In this document: positions 48,701 through 61,374 of the stretch, one piece after another
How positions within the stretch are numbered: the first letter of the stretch is position 1
Layout: the number at the start of each line of letters is the position of its first letter
DNA from: Albugo candida
Lineage: Eukaryota
Direction of reading: 5' to 3'
Length of the DNA stretch: 64,000 nt
Assembly (NCBI GenBank): GCA_040437565.1
Contig: JBDOQK010000047.1
Location: 186,001 to 250,000, forward strand
The notes under the pieces: model-generated
Database searches by the model: none
Told to the model about the DNA's origin: nothing
The model's input: only the letters and a program-made list of their open reading frames with translations
Program-made: the position numbers and the translations under genes

Positions 48701-51700
48701 AAATGGCTCAAACAATACAACAAATGGACTGTCAGAACTCGACGATCAAGAGAAAGAAAACTTGGAAGAATTCCTGAAGGATATCCCCAGCCGTTTATTA
48801 TCGAATGCAGCCTACTCCATCCGAGCATTTGCCAGAGCAGTTCAGTACTTTGAGATTCATTTGCGTCAACAGAGTAATTCTTTGGAATGTCAGTATGCAA
48901 ACACACTCGATCCATCTCCGGTGCCTTTATCAGTGATCATGAGCAATATCTCACACGTGCAATTGCTTTACAGCAGTGTCAATGAGACAGATGCTCTTGT
49001 TGGCTTGGCAACAATCCGAAGGAAAAATCGAGCGGAATCCGGCGAGGATCAAAGTAATATGATCGTACAAAGTATCAAGCTGACCGATCTCTTGTATAAA
49101 ATCGTGGATTACGAGCAATTGGCTCAATGGGAGGATGCCTTAGTCTGCTACGAGCAAGCATTGCAACAGATTCATGCACTACCAACTCAATTTGGAATTC
49201 ACAACGTATCCGAATCACATCATGGAGATCAATGGAACGGTGAGGTCAAAACACTTCGCGAAAAGCTGTACGTCGGCACTGTTCGCTGCCTGATCCAACT
49301 AGGGCGTTTGGAAAGTGCTCTCCAGCAGATAAATGGTATTGTCAGCACCGAACCAAGCTTTATGGAAAGCCTTCATCAGCACGCTTTGGAGTGCACATGG
49401 AGATTATCGCGCTGGGAATTGCTATCGGACCTCCTTCAATCCGACAAGACGAATTTCTCGACGGAGAATAACAGCGTCGCTCAGGATCCTTCTCAACAGC
49501 TTTGGTCCTTCCCTTTTTTTTCCAGGCAAAAGGATGTAAATGGAGATACATCACATATCAAATTCGTTCGCGTGTTGCACAATCTTCATACGAAAGACGC
49601 CAAAGCATTGTCAACGAATCTGAGGACCGCTCGACTTGAGATTATGGGTCCATTGGCTGCTGCGCTNNNNNNNNNNNNNNNNNNNNNNNNNNNNNNNNNN
49701 NNNNNNNNNNNNNNNNNNNNNNNNNNNNNNNNNNNNNNNNNNNNNNNNNNNNNNNNNNNNNNNNNNAGCAGTGTCAATGAGACAGATGCTCTTGTTGGCT
49801 TGGCAACAATCCGAAGGAAAAATCGAGCGGAATCCGGCGAGGATCAAAGTAATATGATCGTACAAAGTATCAAGCTGACCGATCTCTTGTATAAAATCGT
49901 GGATTACGAGCAATTGGCTCAATGGGAGGATGCCTTAGTCTGCTACGAGCAAGCATTGCAACAGATTCATGCACTACCAACTCAATTTGGAATTCACAAC
50001 GTATCCGAATCACATCATGGAGATCAATGGAACGGTGAGGTCAAAACACTTCGCGAAAAGCTGTACGTCGGCACTGTTCGCTGCCTGATCCAACTAGGGC
50101 GTTTGGAAAGTGCTCTCCAGCAGATAAATGGTATTGTCAGCACCGAACCAAGCTTTATGGAAAGCCTTCATCAGCACGCTTTGGAGTGCACATGGAGATT
50201 ATCGCGCTGGGAATTGCTATCGGACCTCCTTCAATCCGACAAGACGAATTTCTCGACGGAGAATAACAGCGTCGCTCAGGATCCTTCTCAACAGCTTTGG
50301 TCCTTCCCTTTTTTTTCCAGGCAAAAGGATGTAAATGGAGATACATCACATATCAAATTCGTTCGCGTGTTGCACAATCTTCATACGAAAGACGCCAAAG
50401 CATTGTCAACGAATCTGAGGACCGCTCGACTTGAGATTATGGGTCCATTGGCTGCTGCGCTTGGGGAATCCTACCAGAGAGCGTACCCTATGCTTCATCG
50501 CCTTCATTTCTTGCATGAAGTCGAACAAGGTTTCGCTGCGCTTTTAAAAGTATACGACGTCTCTGACGAGAGTCAGCGAGCGGATGTATGGAAACGTCAT
50601 TGTAATTGGGAATCCAGGTACGCTCTTATCGCGAATTCCCTTCGATTCCGAGATCCGATTCTTGCGTTACGAAGAGTGTTAGCGACCAAAGCCGATCTTC
50701 TGACCGATCTCTCATCCAATTGGCTTCAATACGCCAAAGTTGCTCGAAAAGAAGGATTCATTCGGACAGCTACAAATGCTGTTATGCACGCAGATCTGTT
50801 GTGTAATCCTTCCGCATCTATGGAGCAGGCCAAGCTTCTCATACAACAAAATCGAATGTACGAAGCATTGCAAACCATTGAACCGGTGGAAATCGACACA
50901 TCAAAATTAGAGTTTGATGCGGAGCATTCAGCTTTGAATGCAAAACGTCTTCTTTTGGCCACCAATTGGATGCAACAATTCGGTCTACGTCAGGGAAAGC
51001 AAATCATTGAACGGTATCGCGCCGTTATTCGCTTGAATCCAACGTGCGAGAAAGGATATTTCCATCTGGCAAAATATTTTGAGTATCTGTTAGCGACAGC
51101 GTATCCAAGCCTCCATTCGAATGAAGAACGCGCCAACGACACATCGCTGAGTATCGCACCAGACAGTGGCTTTCACCAGCTACTGATCAATCTGATGCGA
51201 AATTACATCTCCACGCTCAAACACGGGACAAAGTATGTGTATCAAGCCTTACCCAGACTCCTCACTCTCTGGTTCGAATATGGAGAGCTCNNNNNNNNNN
51301 NNNNNNNNNNNNNNNNNNNNNNNNNNNNNNNNNNNNNNNNNNNNNNNNNNNNNNNNNNNNNNNNNNNNNNNNNNNNNNNNNNNNNNNNNNTTAGCGACCA
51401 AAGCCGATCTTCTGACCGATCTCTCATCCAATTGGCTTCAATACGCCAAAGTTGCTCGAAAAGAAGGATTCATTCGGACAGCTACAAATGCTGTTATGCA
51501 CGCAGATCTGTTGTGTAATCCTTCCGCATCTATGGAGCAGGCCAAGCTTCTCATACAACAAAATCGAATGTACGAAGCATTGCAAACCATTGAACCGGTG
51601 GAAATCGACACATCAAAATTAGAGTTTGATGCGGAGCATTCAGCTTTGAATGCAAAACGTCTTCTTTTGGCCACCAATTGGATGCAACAATTCGGTCTAC

Positions 51701-53727
51701 GTCAGGGAAAGCAAATCATTGAACGGTATCGCGCCGTTATTCGCTTGAATCCAACGTGCGAGAAAGGATATTTCCATCTGGCAAAATATTTTGAGTATCT
51801 GTTAGCGACAGCGTATCCAAGCCTCCATTCGAATGAAGAACGCGCCAACGACACATCGCTGAGTATCGCACCAGACAGTGGCTTTCACCAGCTACTGATC
51901 AATCTGATGCGAAATTACATCTCCACGCTCAAACACGGGACAAAGTATGTGTATCAAGCCTTACCCAGACTCCTCACTCTCTGGTTCGAATATGGAGAGC
52001 TCTTACACGCGGGAGCTTTGAGAAAAAACAAGACAATGCGTCAAATGGAATACGCAGGAGTACGAGAAAACAATTGGAGTAGTATTGTGCTGTCGGATAT
52101 CGCACAGCTGATAGAGGAAGCGATGGAAATCCTACCTGTTTATGTGTGGCTTGTAGGCTTTCCTCAGGTTTTGTCGCGCATATGTCATCCAAACCCCCAA
52201 GTCGTCGAAGGAGTCAAGCAGATCATTATCAAAGTTTTAACGCATTATCCCGCGCAATCCATGTGGCCAATTGTTGGTTTATCACGATCACTCAATGCAC
52301 AACGGCGAAATCGATCGCGCGAGACCATCGCATACGCTCAGCGGATTTTCGTGGCTCGAGAGGATCAAGACAATGCTACCAGTTTCTCTGAAGTCATGCG
52401 CTTGGCCGAAGAGCTGATATCACTAGCTGCTCACGATCCAAAAAACCAGCGAAAAATGCATATCCGACTGAGTCGTATGCGCACCAAAGTCTTACTACCA
52501 ATTCAAGCCAATCTGACAGTGTCGTTCCCACACTCAACGCATTGGGATCCACCAAGCGAACGACATGTATACATCAACACATTTGCTGATAAAGCTGATG
52601 TATTGATGACAAAGGAGAAGCCGAAACGTATTGAGATGTTGGCCAGTGATGGAAAGTATTATCCATTTCTATGCAAGCGCGAGAAGACAGGCGATCTCCG
52701 AAAAGATGCGCGAATGATGGAATTTAACAATATGATCAATAAATTCTTACAAAAGGATACCGATGCCAGGAAACGTAAACTTCGTCTTCGAACGTATGCG
52801 GTGGTTTGTTTGAATGAAGAAAGCGGCTTGATGGAATGGGTACAGCAAACCCGAGCGATGCGTCAGCTAATCGGTCAAATTCATAAGACAGAACTCGGAT
52901 TCATACAGCCATTTCGATTGACCCATGAGATCAGAGATCAGTTTCTTGCGATGCAGAAAAAATACGCCCAAGACACGAAATTGATGGCTGCTTACTTTCA
53001 ACAGAAGATACTGACATTGCCAGTCTTCAAGCCTCGCTTCCACCAGTGGTTTCATAACAATTTCAGTGATCCTACAGCGTGGTTTGAGGCTCGTTCGACA
53101 TTTACGCGCTCTACGGCGGTATGGTCGATGGTGGGACATATCATCGGTCTTGGAGATCGTCATGGTGAGAATATACTGATCGATTGTACGAATGGAGAAT
53201 GTGTTCATGTGGATTTCGACTGTTTATTCGACAAAGGTTTGAAGCTTGCAAAACCTGAAATTGTTCCATTTCGATTGACACCAAATATGATTGACGCGTT
53301 TGGGATCACCGGCTACGAAGGCGTGTTCCGATGTGTGAGTGAGATCATCATGCGACTACTTCGCAACAACAGAGATGCTTTGAAGAATGTTTTAGAATCG
53401 TTCATTCATGATCCTTTGGTGGAATGGGGACGGAGGGGGAAAGGAGTACAAGGAAGCATGTCTTCGACCACAATCCCGGAAATCTCGAGTGAACGAAGCA
53501 AAGAGGAAACGCGTATCATCTTGAAGACCATTGATGACCGACTTCGAGGAATTTATAATCTTGGAGATGCAATTCGACCTCTGGTGTCACCTTCACAGCG
53601 TCGTATGCTTCCAGAAAATGAAGGGTTCCCACTCTCTGTTCCAGGGCAAGTCAACAAGCTCATCCAGGAGGCTACCTCGACCGAGAATCTGGCACAAATG
53701 TATATTGGATGGATGCCTTTTTTATGA
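42744..53727 (+). CDS. ATR: serine/threonine PIKK kinase ATR (Mec1/Rad3)
   Basis: HEAT/UME region (FVPKIMATL), FAT (FARAVQYFE, ESYQRAYP, VYQALPRLLTLW, PQVLSRICHP), kinase (DLRKDARMME, GLGDRHGENIL, HVDFDCLFDKG) and FATC (ATSTENLAQMYIGWMPFL). Removing four gap+overlap blocks (399, 285, 795 and 712 nt) leaves 8793 nt, one intronless 2930-aa frame. Confidence 0.95.
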
Positions 53728-53794
53728 TAATGTCATCGACGTCGACTGCGTGTTGAATGCATTTACTATACCCGAATTTTGATCAAAGTATTTC

Positions 53795-55108
53795 TCAGCT
53801 ACTTTCTTCAGTCTTTTGAAAGTATTTGAAAAGCGTTTGTTGCGGTGTTTTATCTTTGACTTTTTTTTTTGGATGCAGCGTTTTTTTCTTTTTCAATGGT
53901 GACGTCGCATCAGCTTCTACTCGCTTTTGTGTGCGTTTCATTGGAATCGATGATTTGCTTCCCTCCTCGATTTCTTCGTCTTTTGGCGCTAGAAACTTGG
54001 TCATGTTTCCTAAAAACGAAAGAAGTCATCTTTGTATCGACAGGTCATGTCGGCGTTTACCAGAGCGTGTTAAATGGATCCGATCTGCTAGTCCTGGCTC
54101 TTGATGCTTTGTGGAGCCAACTAGAAAGCGATAGGTGAATGATCGCATAGTGAGTTCACAATGAGAACACACCCTTCTTATCAACGGGATAGACGTCAAA
54201 GTCTTCGACCGTCGACTCACTGAGCACGTGATTGACGTCTGCAAAACTCGAGTTTGAAATCCATTCGGCTGCATGCTCTTCTGACAAAACAACCTGAAGA
54301 CTGAATGTGATCCCAACGAAAATACACCAAAAAATATCATGCATCACGAGCCGGCATTCTATCATGCAGCCATCTAAGCGTTGATCTGCTTTTCGCTGTT
54401 ATGATCGTGAAAGAATGCATTTTTTCTCCATTATTGCTCGTCCATGCGTCATAAAGCCCTGCAAACTGAAATGATCCTAAGCACCTCACAAAGACAAGGA
54501 TAGTGTGAAATGCGGAACCTTCAAAGGACGCGATCGATGAATATAGTATGGCTGTTTTTCCTTGCCGACATGCTGCCATTCAAAGTACCTACGAACTCCA
54601 ATCAATCGCAACTTTCTCTGACTTGAGCTGTATACCCATTCGCAATGACAATACATCGCTTTGTGTCCAAAAGACGACGAAAAGCGGGCCGTTGTGATAC
54701 ACTCTCAGAGCTGAATCGAATTCAGCACTTTTTGTTTCGTTTCTTATGAAACGTACCGAGCATTAAACATAATAAAATGATCTGCTTTTGAATCAGACTT
54801 TGTAAACGACGGAATGAGACCCCACTACCATCGCAGGGTTTAGTATACATCTTCAAAGTAAATTGTGTGGGCTACCCGCATTGCTTTCACCTCTTTCTTC
54901 GCATTATTCGTACGATATAGCACTGGTCCAAAACGTCCTGGACCCATATTTTCCACCGGTGTATCTGCGTGAGTAAACAGTGAATACGTTGAACTCATTC
55001 CGCATGTTCTCAGTCACATAGATCGCTGTCTTTAAAGTCTTCTGACTGCACCCCGCCTTCTTCTGCAACCTTTCTGTGCGTTAGCGTACATCGTATGCGA
55101 CCGCACAT
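53795..55108 (-). CDS. HMCES: HMCES / SRAP-domain abasic-site protecting protein (multi-exon)
   Basis: Starts MCGRIRCTL (catalytic Cys2). The spliced RCIVIANG-YFEW carries the Glu. FAGLYDAW and SFTIIT...WLHDRMP carry the His. The tail ends QQTLFKYFQK. Confidence 0.9.
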
Positions 55109-55211
55109 AATGCAATGAGATGTCACAACACACATTCACAATGCGCTTTGAAGAGGTTTTAATCGATCGTTTGCTTATGAGAAAAAGCTTATTTATGAGT
55201 TGCAATCAGCG

Positions 55212-58200
55212 CTATGTGATCGGCGGTAATGTGCTTCGGACTCCGTTTGATAAAGATCCGTTTTCTTCTTTCCAAAGCGATGTTTCCGACGCGTTAGTTG
55301 CTTTTACATTGGGAGAAATCGTCTGATTTGTGGATACTCGCGGTTTCGATGCACTCGAGGAAGACGGATGCGTTTTCGAGACAATTCCAACAAATTCAGG
55401 TTTTGATTTCTGCTGTAGAGATACGTGTGGTTTGAGCACTTGCAAGAGTCCGACATTAGGATTTCTAGCAAACGTTTTGTTGTACATTTCTTCCCGATTC
55501 AACATTTCGCGTTTAAAGTACGCCATTTCATCGAGTGTCTTTCGTATCAGCAGGTTTTTGTGACGTACTGATTCTTCCAATGAAGCTATTCTCTCAAGGT
55601 CTTCTGGACGGCTCTCTCGATTGGCATATTTCACCTTCCATTCCTCCAGTTGCATTTTCAGTTCGAGCAAATTGCCCTCCATAAACGTCTTTGTTTCTTC
55701 AAAGTGATCATTCAGTGCTTTTGTCTCCATCATATTTTCTTCAAGAAAAAGTCCAAGTTCCTCTTTTGCAGCATTTTTGACGTCCTGAATCCTCTCTTCA
55801 GCATTTTTCTTCATTTCCGCTGTAGTGGCCGTCATTTCTTCTTGCATTTGCTTCATCCTGTCTTCAAGACGCACAATAGTCTCCTTTGCAGTCTGGAAAT
55901 CAACGCAGTTTGCCTCCAAGTCCTTGCGCAATATTTCATTTTCGACTTGCCATTGTTCAAATTCTTTCATATGTGTGGCAGACTTTTCTCCGAGCAATCG
56001 TTCGCGCTCTATGAACGCTTGTCGTTCAGCAGCACTCCATTTTTCATTCATTGCTTGACGCAAAGCATTCATATCGCAAATCCGATCATTTTCGAGCTGT
56101 ATTTTTGTTTCCTGCAACAGCTTCGAATTGGCAGTGCTTTGACTTTCCAATGCTTCCTTATGTTTCCGGATCAGCTTTTCACGTTTGATTCTTGTATGAT
56201 ACAACAGATCTTCTACTTGCGTTCTATATGCTGTGTCTTTTTTCTCGTCATGACGTGCCAGGTCTTCAGTGTGTTGCTGTTGCAATAATGCGATTTGATG
56301 TCGGGCTGCGGTATGCTCTTGTGCTATCTTCGCCTCCATAGTCAATTCCATCGATGATAAATGTGCTCGTATGAATTCCCAATCCATCCGTTTTTCTTCG
56401 CCAGAAGCTCTTACTGCTTCCTTGTATTTTCCACTGAAGCTTGTACAATCTCTTTGAGCCTCCTCCACAAGTCGTCGAAGAGAATCGCATTGTGCTTCAT
56501 GTGAAGTGATTGCGTTTCTCAGCTTTTCATCATGAGATTCAGTACATTTATTCTCGAAATCGGTCAACTTGGACATCCAATCTTGATCATTTCTTCTCAC
56601 TTTTTCAGCGTATGCAAGTTTTTCGCCTTCCATTTGTAGCGTCATTTGTTGTACTTGATTCAGGAGCTCGTTATCCTTCACAAGCACAGTCTCCAGTCGT
56701 CTTTTATATTCATCCATCGACGTCTCTCTATCTTTCAGCTGAGAGTGTAGCTGCTGGATCTGAGAATTAAACTTCTCAGCAGCGGAACGAGCATATTCGC
56801 ATTCCTTCCGCAGTGCTTCTTGTTGTGCTGTTTGCTTGTCCCCACTCTCTTTCTGCATTTGCGCGATTCGTTCTCGACTTGCACTCTCCATCTCTGCAAT
56901 TGCTCGAGCGCGTTCCTCTTCTAATTGCTGCCTCTGCTGACAAAGCGCATCCTTTTGTGCACACTTGTATTTCACCTCAAGGTCTCCAATCTTCCGCTGA
57001 GTGGTTGTATGCAAATTCTCCACGACAATGTGATGCTCCGATTTCTGTTGATCAAGTCTAGCTAACGCTGTTCTGATATCCTCTTGTAGCTTTTCTCGCG
57101 CACCAGAGTTTTCTTTGATCAATCGCACTTGTTCCTGCTCCAACTTTGCTCGTTCCTTTTCAATTGAGGCACTTTGTTGCCGTAACAACGGAATTGTTTC
57201 TTTTTCGAGTCTGTCTATTACCTGTTGATAATGCTTGCTTGTATCGTCGATATGTGCTTGCGCTTTTTCCAATTCTTGTTGCAACTGATTCCTTTCTTCA
57301 TTCATTTTGATGCACTTTTTCTCCTGATCTTGCAGACGCTTTTCTTGACAAGTCATCTCGTGAGCGAATTGCATCCGCGTTTCTGCTGTGCCCAATTCCA
57401 TTCTTTCAATGTCTTTCAAAGAATTTTTGAGTAGCATATCTTTTTCTGTCGCCACCTTTTGCAAATTCATCAGCTCAGTCGCCATACTTTCAATCTTGAG
57501 AGCATTGTTGTTCAAATTTCTCAGTAAATTTTGGTTTTTTAGCTCATAATCCTTTTCCACAGAATCCCTTTCCTGCTTCAGTTTATCGCCATTCAGCTCG
57601 GCATGCTTCAATGCGGCATTCAGTTCGCTTTGTTGATGCCACAAATTTTCATTTTCGCTTCGCAACAAAGCATTTTGCAGACGTAATTCCTCCGTATCAG
57701 ACAGTAATTTCTCCATTTTTGCAACAAACTCTTGCTTCATCTCAATGGCTGCATGCTGCTGATTCTTCCCATACTCGTCCTTCTCCGTCATACTTTTCTC
57801 AACCGCACTCAGATTTTCATTCAATTTCGTTATTTCCAAATTCCACGCTTTTCTCTCATTTTCCAGTCGTTCAATGATTGTGTTCTTCTGTGCTGTCAAT
57901 TCGGAACACATCTGATTGTATCGAACATTGCTCCTGTCTTCTATCCCCTGCAGCTCTTCCAGATGCTTCTCATTCAATTCCGCCAATTGAATATCATGTG
58001 CTTGTTTCATCGCCGCGGCAGAATCAATCGCATTCTGTTCCAAGATCTTTTTTTTCGTGTCTACGAGTTGTGTAAGGTGTGAAAGCCTCTCCATGCACTC
58101 TCGCTGACATACTTCAAGTTGAGACTCCAGCAGAGTCACGTGCTGCTCAAACTTCTTCACCATTGTCTCTTCTCTCAATTTCGCGGAGATCTGCATCTTT

Positions 58201-58505
58201 TCACTTTCTCTTTCCAGCTCCCGGTATCCTTCCTCCCTCTCACTTAATTGCTGGCAGAGTCCTGACAATTGTTTCTGATAATGTTGCTCGATATCGCTCA
58301 ATTTTGAGGCACTTTCAGAGGTGAGCTTTTGTATCGTTCGAGCATTCGAATCCTTCATGAAGGCGTATTCGAGCTGGTAGTCTTCATTCCGTGTGTTGAG
58401 ATGAAATACCACTTTAGTCAATTGTGCGATTTTCTTGCTCATTTTTAGATGAAGATCCGTGTAGACGACACAGAAACTACAGCGCGCGTGTTTGGCTTCA
58501 TCCAT
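55212..58505 (-). CDS. FAM184A/B-like long coiled-coil protein
   Basis: The N-terminal DLHLKMSKKIAQLTKVVFHLNTRNED and C-terminal RESRPEDL...FKREMLNREEMYNKTF..NPNVG are FAM184 signatures. Exact start uncertain. Confidence 0.85.
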   Translation of the reverse strand: MDEAKHARCSFCVVYTDLHLKMSKKIAQLTKVVFHLNTRNEDYQLEYAFMKDSNARTIQKLTSESASKLSDIEQHYQKQLSGLCQQLSEREEGYRELERESEKMQISAKLREETMVKKFEQHVTLLESQLEVCQRECMERLSHLTQLVDTKKKILEQNAIDSAAAMKQAHDIQLAELNEKHLEELQGIEDRSNVRYNQMCSELTAQKNTIIERLENERKAWNLEITKLNENLSAVEKSMTEKDEYGKNQQHAAIEMKQEFVAKMEKLLSDTEELRLQNALLRSENENLWHQQSELNAALKHAELNGDKLKQERDSVEKDYELKNQNLLRNLNNNALKIESMATELMNLQKVATEKDMLLKNSLKDIERMELGTAETRMQFAHEMTCQEKRLQDQEKKCIKMNEERNQLQQELEKAQAHIDDTSKHYQQVIDRLEKETIPLLRQQSASIEKERAKLEQEQVRLIKENSGAREKLQEDIRTALARLDQQKSEHHIVVENLHTTTQRKIGDLEVKYKCAQKDALCQQRQQLEEERARAIAEMESASRERIAQMQKESGDKQTAQQEALRKECEYARSAAEKFNSQIQQLHSQLKDRETSMDEYKRRLETVLVKDNELLNQVQQMTLQMEGEKLAYAEKVRRNDQDWMSKLTDFENKCTESHDEKLRNAITSHEAQCDSLRRLVEEAQRDCTSFSGKYKEAVRASGEEKRMDWEFIRAHLSSMELTMEAKIAQEHTAARHQIALLQQQHTEDLARHDEKKDTAYRTQVEDLLYHTRIKREKLIRKHKEALESQSTANSKLLQETKIQLENDRICDMNALRQAMNEKWSAAERQAFIERERLLGEKSATHMKEFEQWQVENEILRKDLEANCVDFQTAKETIVRLEDRMKQMQEEMTATTAEMKKNAEERIQDVKNAAKEELGLFLEENMMETKALNDHFEETKTFMEGNLLELKMQLEEWKVKYANRESRPEDLERIASLEESVRHKNLLIRKTLDEMAYFKREMLNREEMYNKTFARNPNVGLLQVLKPHVSLQQKSKPEFVGIVSKTHPSSSSASKPRVSTNQTISPNVKATNASETSLWKEENGSLSNGVRSTLPPIT

Positions 58506-58749
58506 AGTGTAGCATAGGATCGATGCAGGCACGTAACGATTCTTGTCTATTTTCTATCGCGTGTGGTGACGCGCCTTGCGCTATTTGCAGACGATGAGCA
58601 TGCTCGAAAATGGTGTTCGTTCGTGTATTCGACCACACTAAATCGATTCCATCCTGGAGAGAAAATTTGGCTATTGACGCTTCGAAGATTTAGTACCGAA
58701 ACATAGTGACAAAGTTACTTCAGTTGTCTACTTGTCGAATTGGGTGAGG

Positions 58750-61246
58750 ATGCAACCTACAGTGATGGATTTAGGAAGTGCAAGATTCAAGTATCGTGAA
58801 GTATTGTCTTCCGCACGAGCTTCTGACGCTGCGCAAAGTGCAGAAATAGTAGCGACTCCTTCTCGTGAAGCTATCTATCATTGTATTCGAGAATACACAC
58901 GACAGAAAACCTGTGAAGAATCGAAATTAGCACTTTTATGCGATAAATTGGAGCGCGAATTGGAACCGTATCAAGTTCTGAAGCTCGGAGGGTACTCACT
59001 CGGAAACAGCAGCACCAAAATTCTCTCTTCGATACTCTTTAAGAACCAAACATTGCGTACTCTTGATTTAGGATTCAATCGAATCAATGATAAAGGTGCC
59101 ACTTTGCTTGCAAAAGCGCTTGAAACAAATACAAGCCTTGAAAGCATTTATCTGAGTGGAAATGAGATTGGTCTGGTGGGAGCAGATGCATTTGCGAAAG
59201 CACTTTGCACAAATACGACATTGAAAACGTTGCATTTGAGTGGCAATAATATAGGTGAAGCAGGAGCACAGGCTTTATCGAAAGGGTTGCGAGTCAATAG
59301 CTGTTTGCGACATCTATACATTGGTACCAATGGAATCGGAAGCACTGGGATGCTGGACATTGTGCGAGCGTTAGAGAATAATACCGTGTTACAAGAGTTG
59401 ACTTTGAGTCAGAATAGAATAGGCAATGAAGGCGTTCGACATCTTGCAGAAGCATTTAAGCGTGGAAATCTTCACATCACAACACTCGAAATTGGGAAAA
59501 ATGATATCGGAAGCAAAGGTGCTGAATTGCTTGCGGATGCTCTCCAACCGATACAAGTCGATACAGAATGTGGTGAAGAAGAATATACGCTGCGGGGTTT
59601 TGCTTCAGCTGAAGACGATACAAGACAGGCTCATGGTTTAAAGCACTCTGTAAGTAAAAAGGAATTTCAGGAAAATAGAAATCGACTACAAAATCTATAT
59701 TTCGACAATAATCCTATTGGTGATGCCGGAGCGCAAGCATTTGGCAAGATGTTGGGGAAGAATCGTACTATTCGCGTGTTGGATCTTAGTTACACCCAAA
59801 TGTCGCTACTTGGACTTCGAGAATTGTGTGTCGGTATTCGTACAAGTCGTTCACTACTTTGTTTGCTTATGGATGGACATGAATGGGCAAGCACCAAGTA
59901 CATGAAAAAAACGCATCCGTTATTACAACAAAGTGTTTCCCTGTCAGTACCCAGCGCGAATCAATTTGCTGTCAAGTGCGTACTTGGAGCTGTTCAGTCG
60001 AATGCTCATTCCGTACTTCACAAACTTACAGGGGTAGACTTGAGTCTTTGTAATTCTGAGGACCATTCTGAATGCTCACGACGATTAGTGATGGCTCGAC
60101 CAATGGATACTTGTATGCGGAATGAAGCTGTGTTGCGACATATTCAGGCGCAACGAAGTGGCCCTAAGACAGCGATTGTACACAAAAGGAAAGGTTATAG
60201 GGAAGAAGAATTTGATGAAATACCACAATGTCGTGGAATGTATGAACCGCCTTCACAGAAGCAGAAAGTTGCAGAACAACACACATATAGTGATACAGCC
60301 TCTGAAGAGCCATTAAAGATTGATACGAGTGTGATTGCGGGATCCACTGATCAAGTCACAGATTCTTTAGACGCAAGGAATAAAAGCCATACAACTCATC
60401 GTTCCATCGCAGCAGAACCCAAACTCCTGGCAGTCAAAANNNNNNNNNNNNNNNNNNNNNNNNNNNNNNNNNNNNNNNNNNNNNNNNNNNNNNNNNNNNN
60501 NNNNNNNNNNNNNNNNNNNNNNNNNNNNNNNNNNNNNNNAAGAATTTGATGAAATACCACAATGTCGTGGAATGTATGAACCGCCTTCACAGAAGCAGAA
60601 AGTTGCAGAACAACACACATATAGTGATACAGCCTCTGAAGAGCCATTAAAGATTGATACGAGTGTGATTGCGGGATCCACTGATCAAGTCACAGATTCT
60701 TTAGACGCAAGGAATAAAAGCCATACAACTCATCGTTCCATCGCAGCAGAACCCAAACTCCTGGCAGTCAAAAGTCCACGTTTTGAAGTCGTCATGCAGG
60801 ACCAAGCGAAAAAGATAGTACATGCAATCGACAACCTTCCTTTCAGCGCGGAAGAGGATAAAACGCTCAGCGATTTCTACATTCATAATATATCGACACC
60901 TTCCAAAAGACACGATGCAACCAAACCCAACTGTGAAAAGATCCACTCCGACTCCAGCGAGCTTGCAAGAGATTGTTCACGCCTTGCACGATATCCTAAG
61001 ACAAAGGTACAAGCGGTTTGACTTCTTATGAATTATTGACATTCCAATCGATTGATGCGATAGGCGTTGTGGCTGAAATGGGCGCAAGAAGATGAACTTC
61101 ACTCTAAGGATGTAAACTCGCGAAAGCTTTTATGCTTAAATATCTTGCGGCAATTACATTACTTGGTGGGTGCATTCCGACATGTACCGCATCCGGACGA
61201 TATGATTGACGATATCATACACTCTCACCACTCAAGTCAGCGATGA
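58750..61246 (+). CDS. RNI-like (NLRC3-type) leucine-rich repeat protein
   Basis: Tandem 28-aa repeats LxxLxLxxNxIGxxGAxxLAxAL. Overlap duplication across gap 60440-60539. An intron after ...YPKTK leads to a last exon ALWLKW...SSQR* ending at 61246. Confidence 0.85.
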
Positions 61247-61374
61247 CAGTGCGTCAGAGATCCATATAGTCCGATAGAGATAGCGTATCGTAATCGCATA
61301 AGGCGCATGTTGCAAGTACCTCAAACCTTGCATAATGTATATATGTATTTGCAAGGGTCACTTTCGAATACGAA

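Noticed and set aside
46273..52002. Apparent internal repeats in ATR and a split into two genes
   Set aside because: All repeats abut N gaps, and collapsing them gives one continuous 2930-aa frame.
55330..58324. Numerous long plus-strand ORFs opposite FAM184 (and similar shadows opposite other genes)
   Set aside because: Antisense shadows of biased coding sequence with no independent coding signal.
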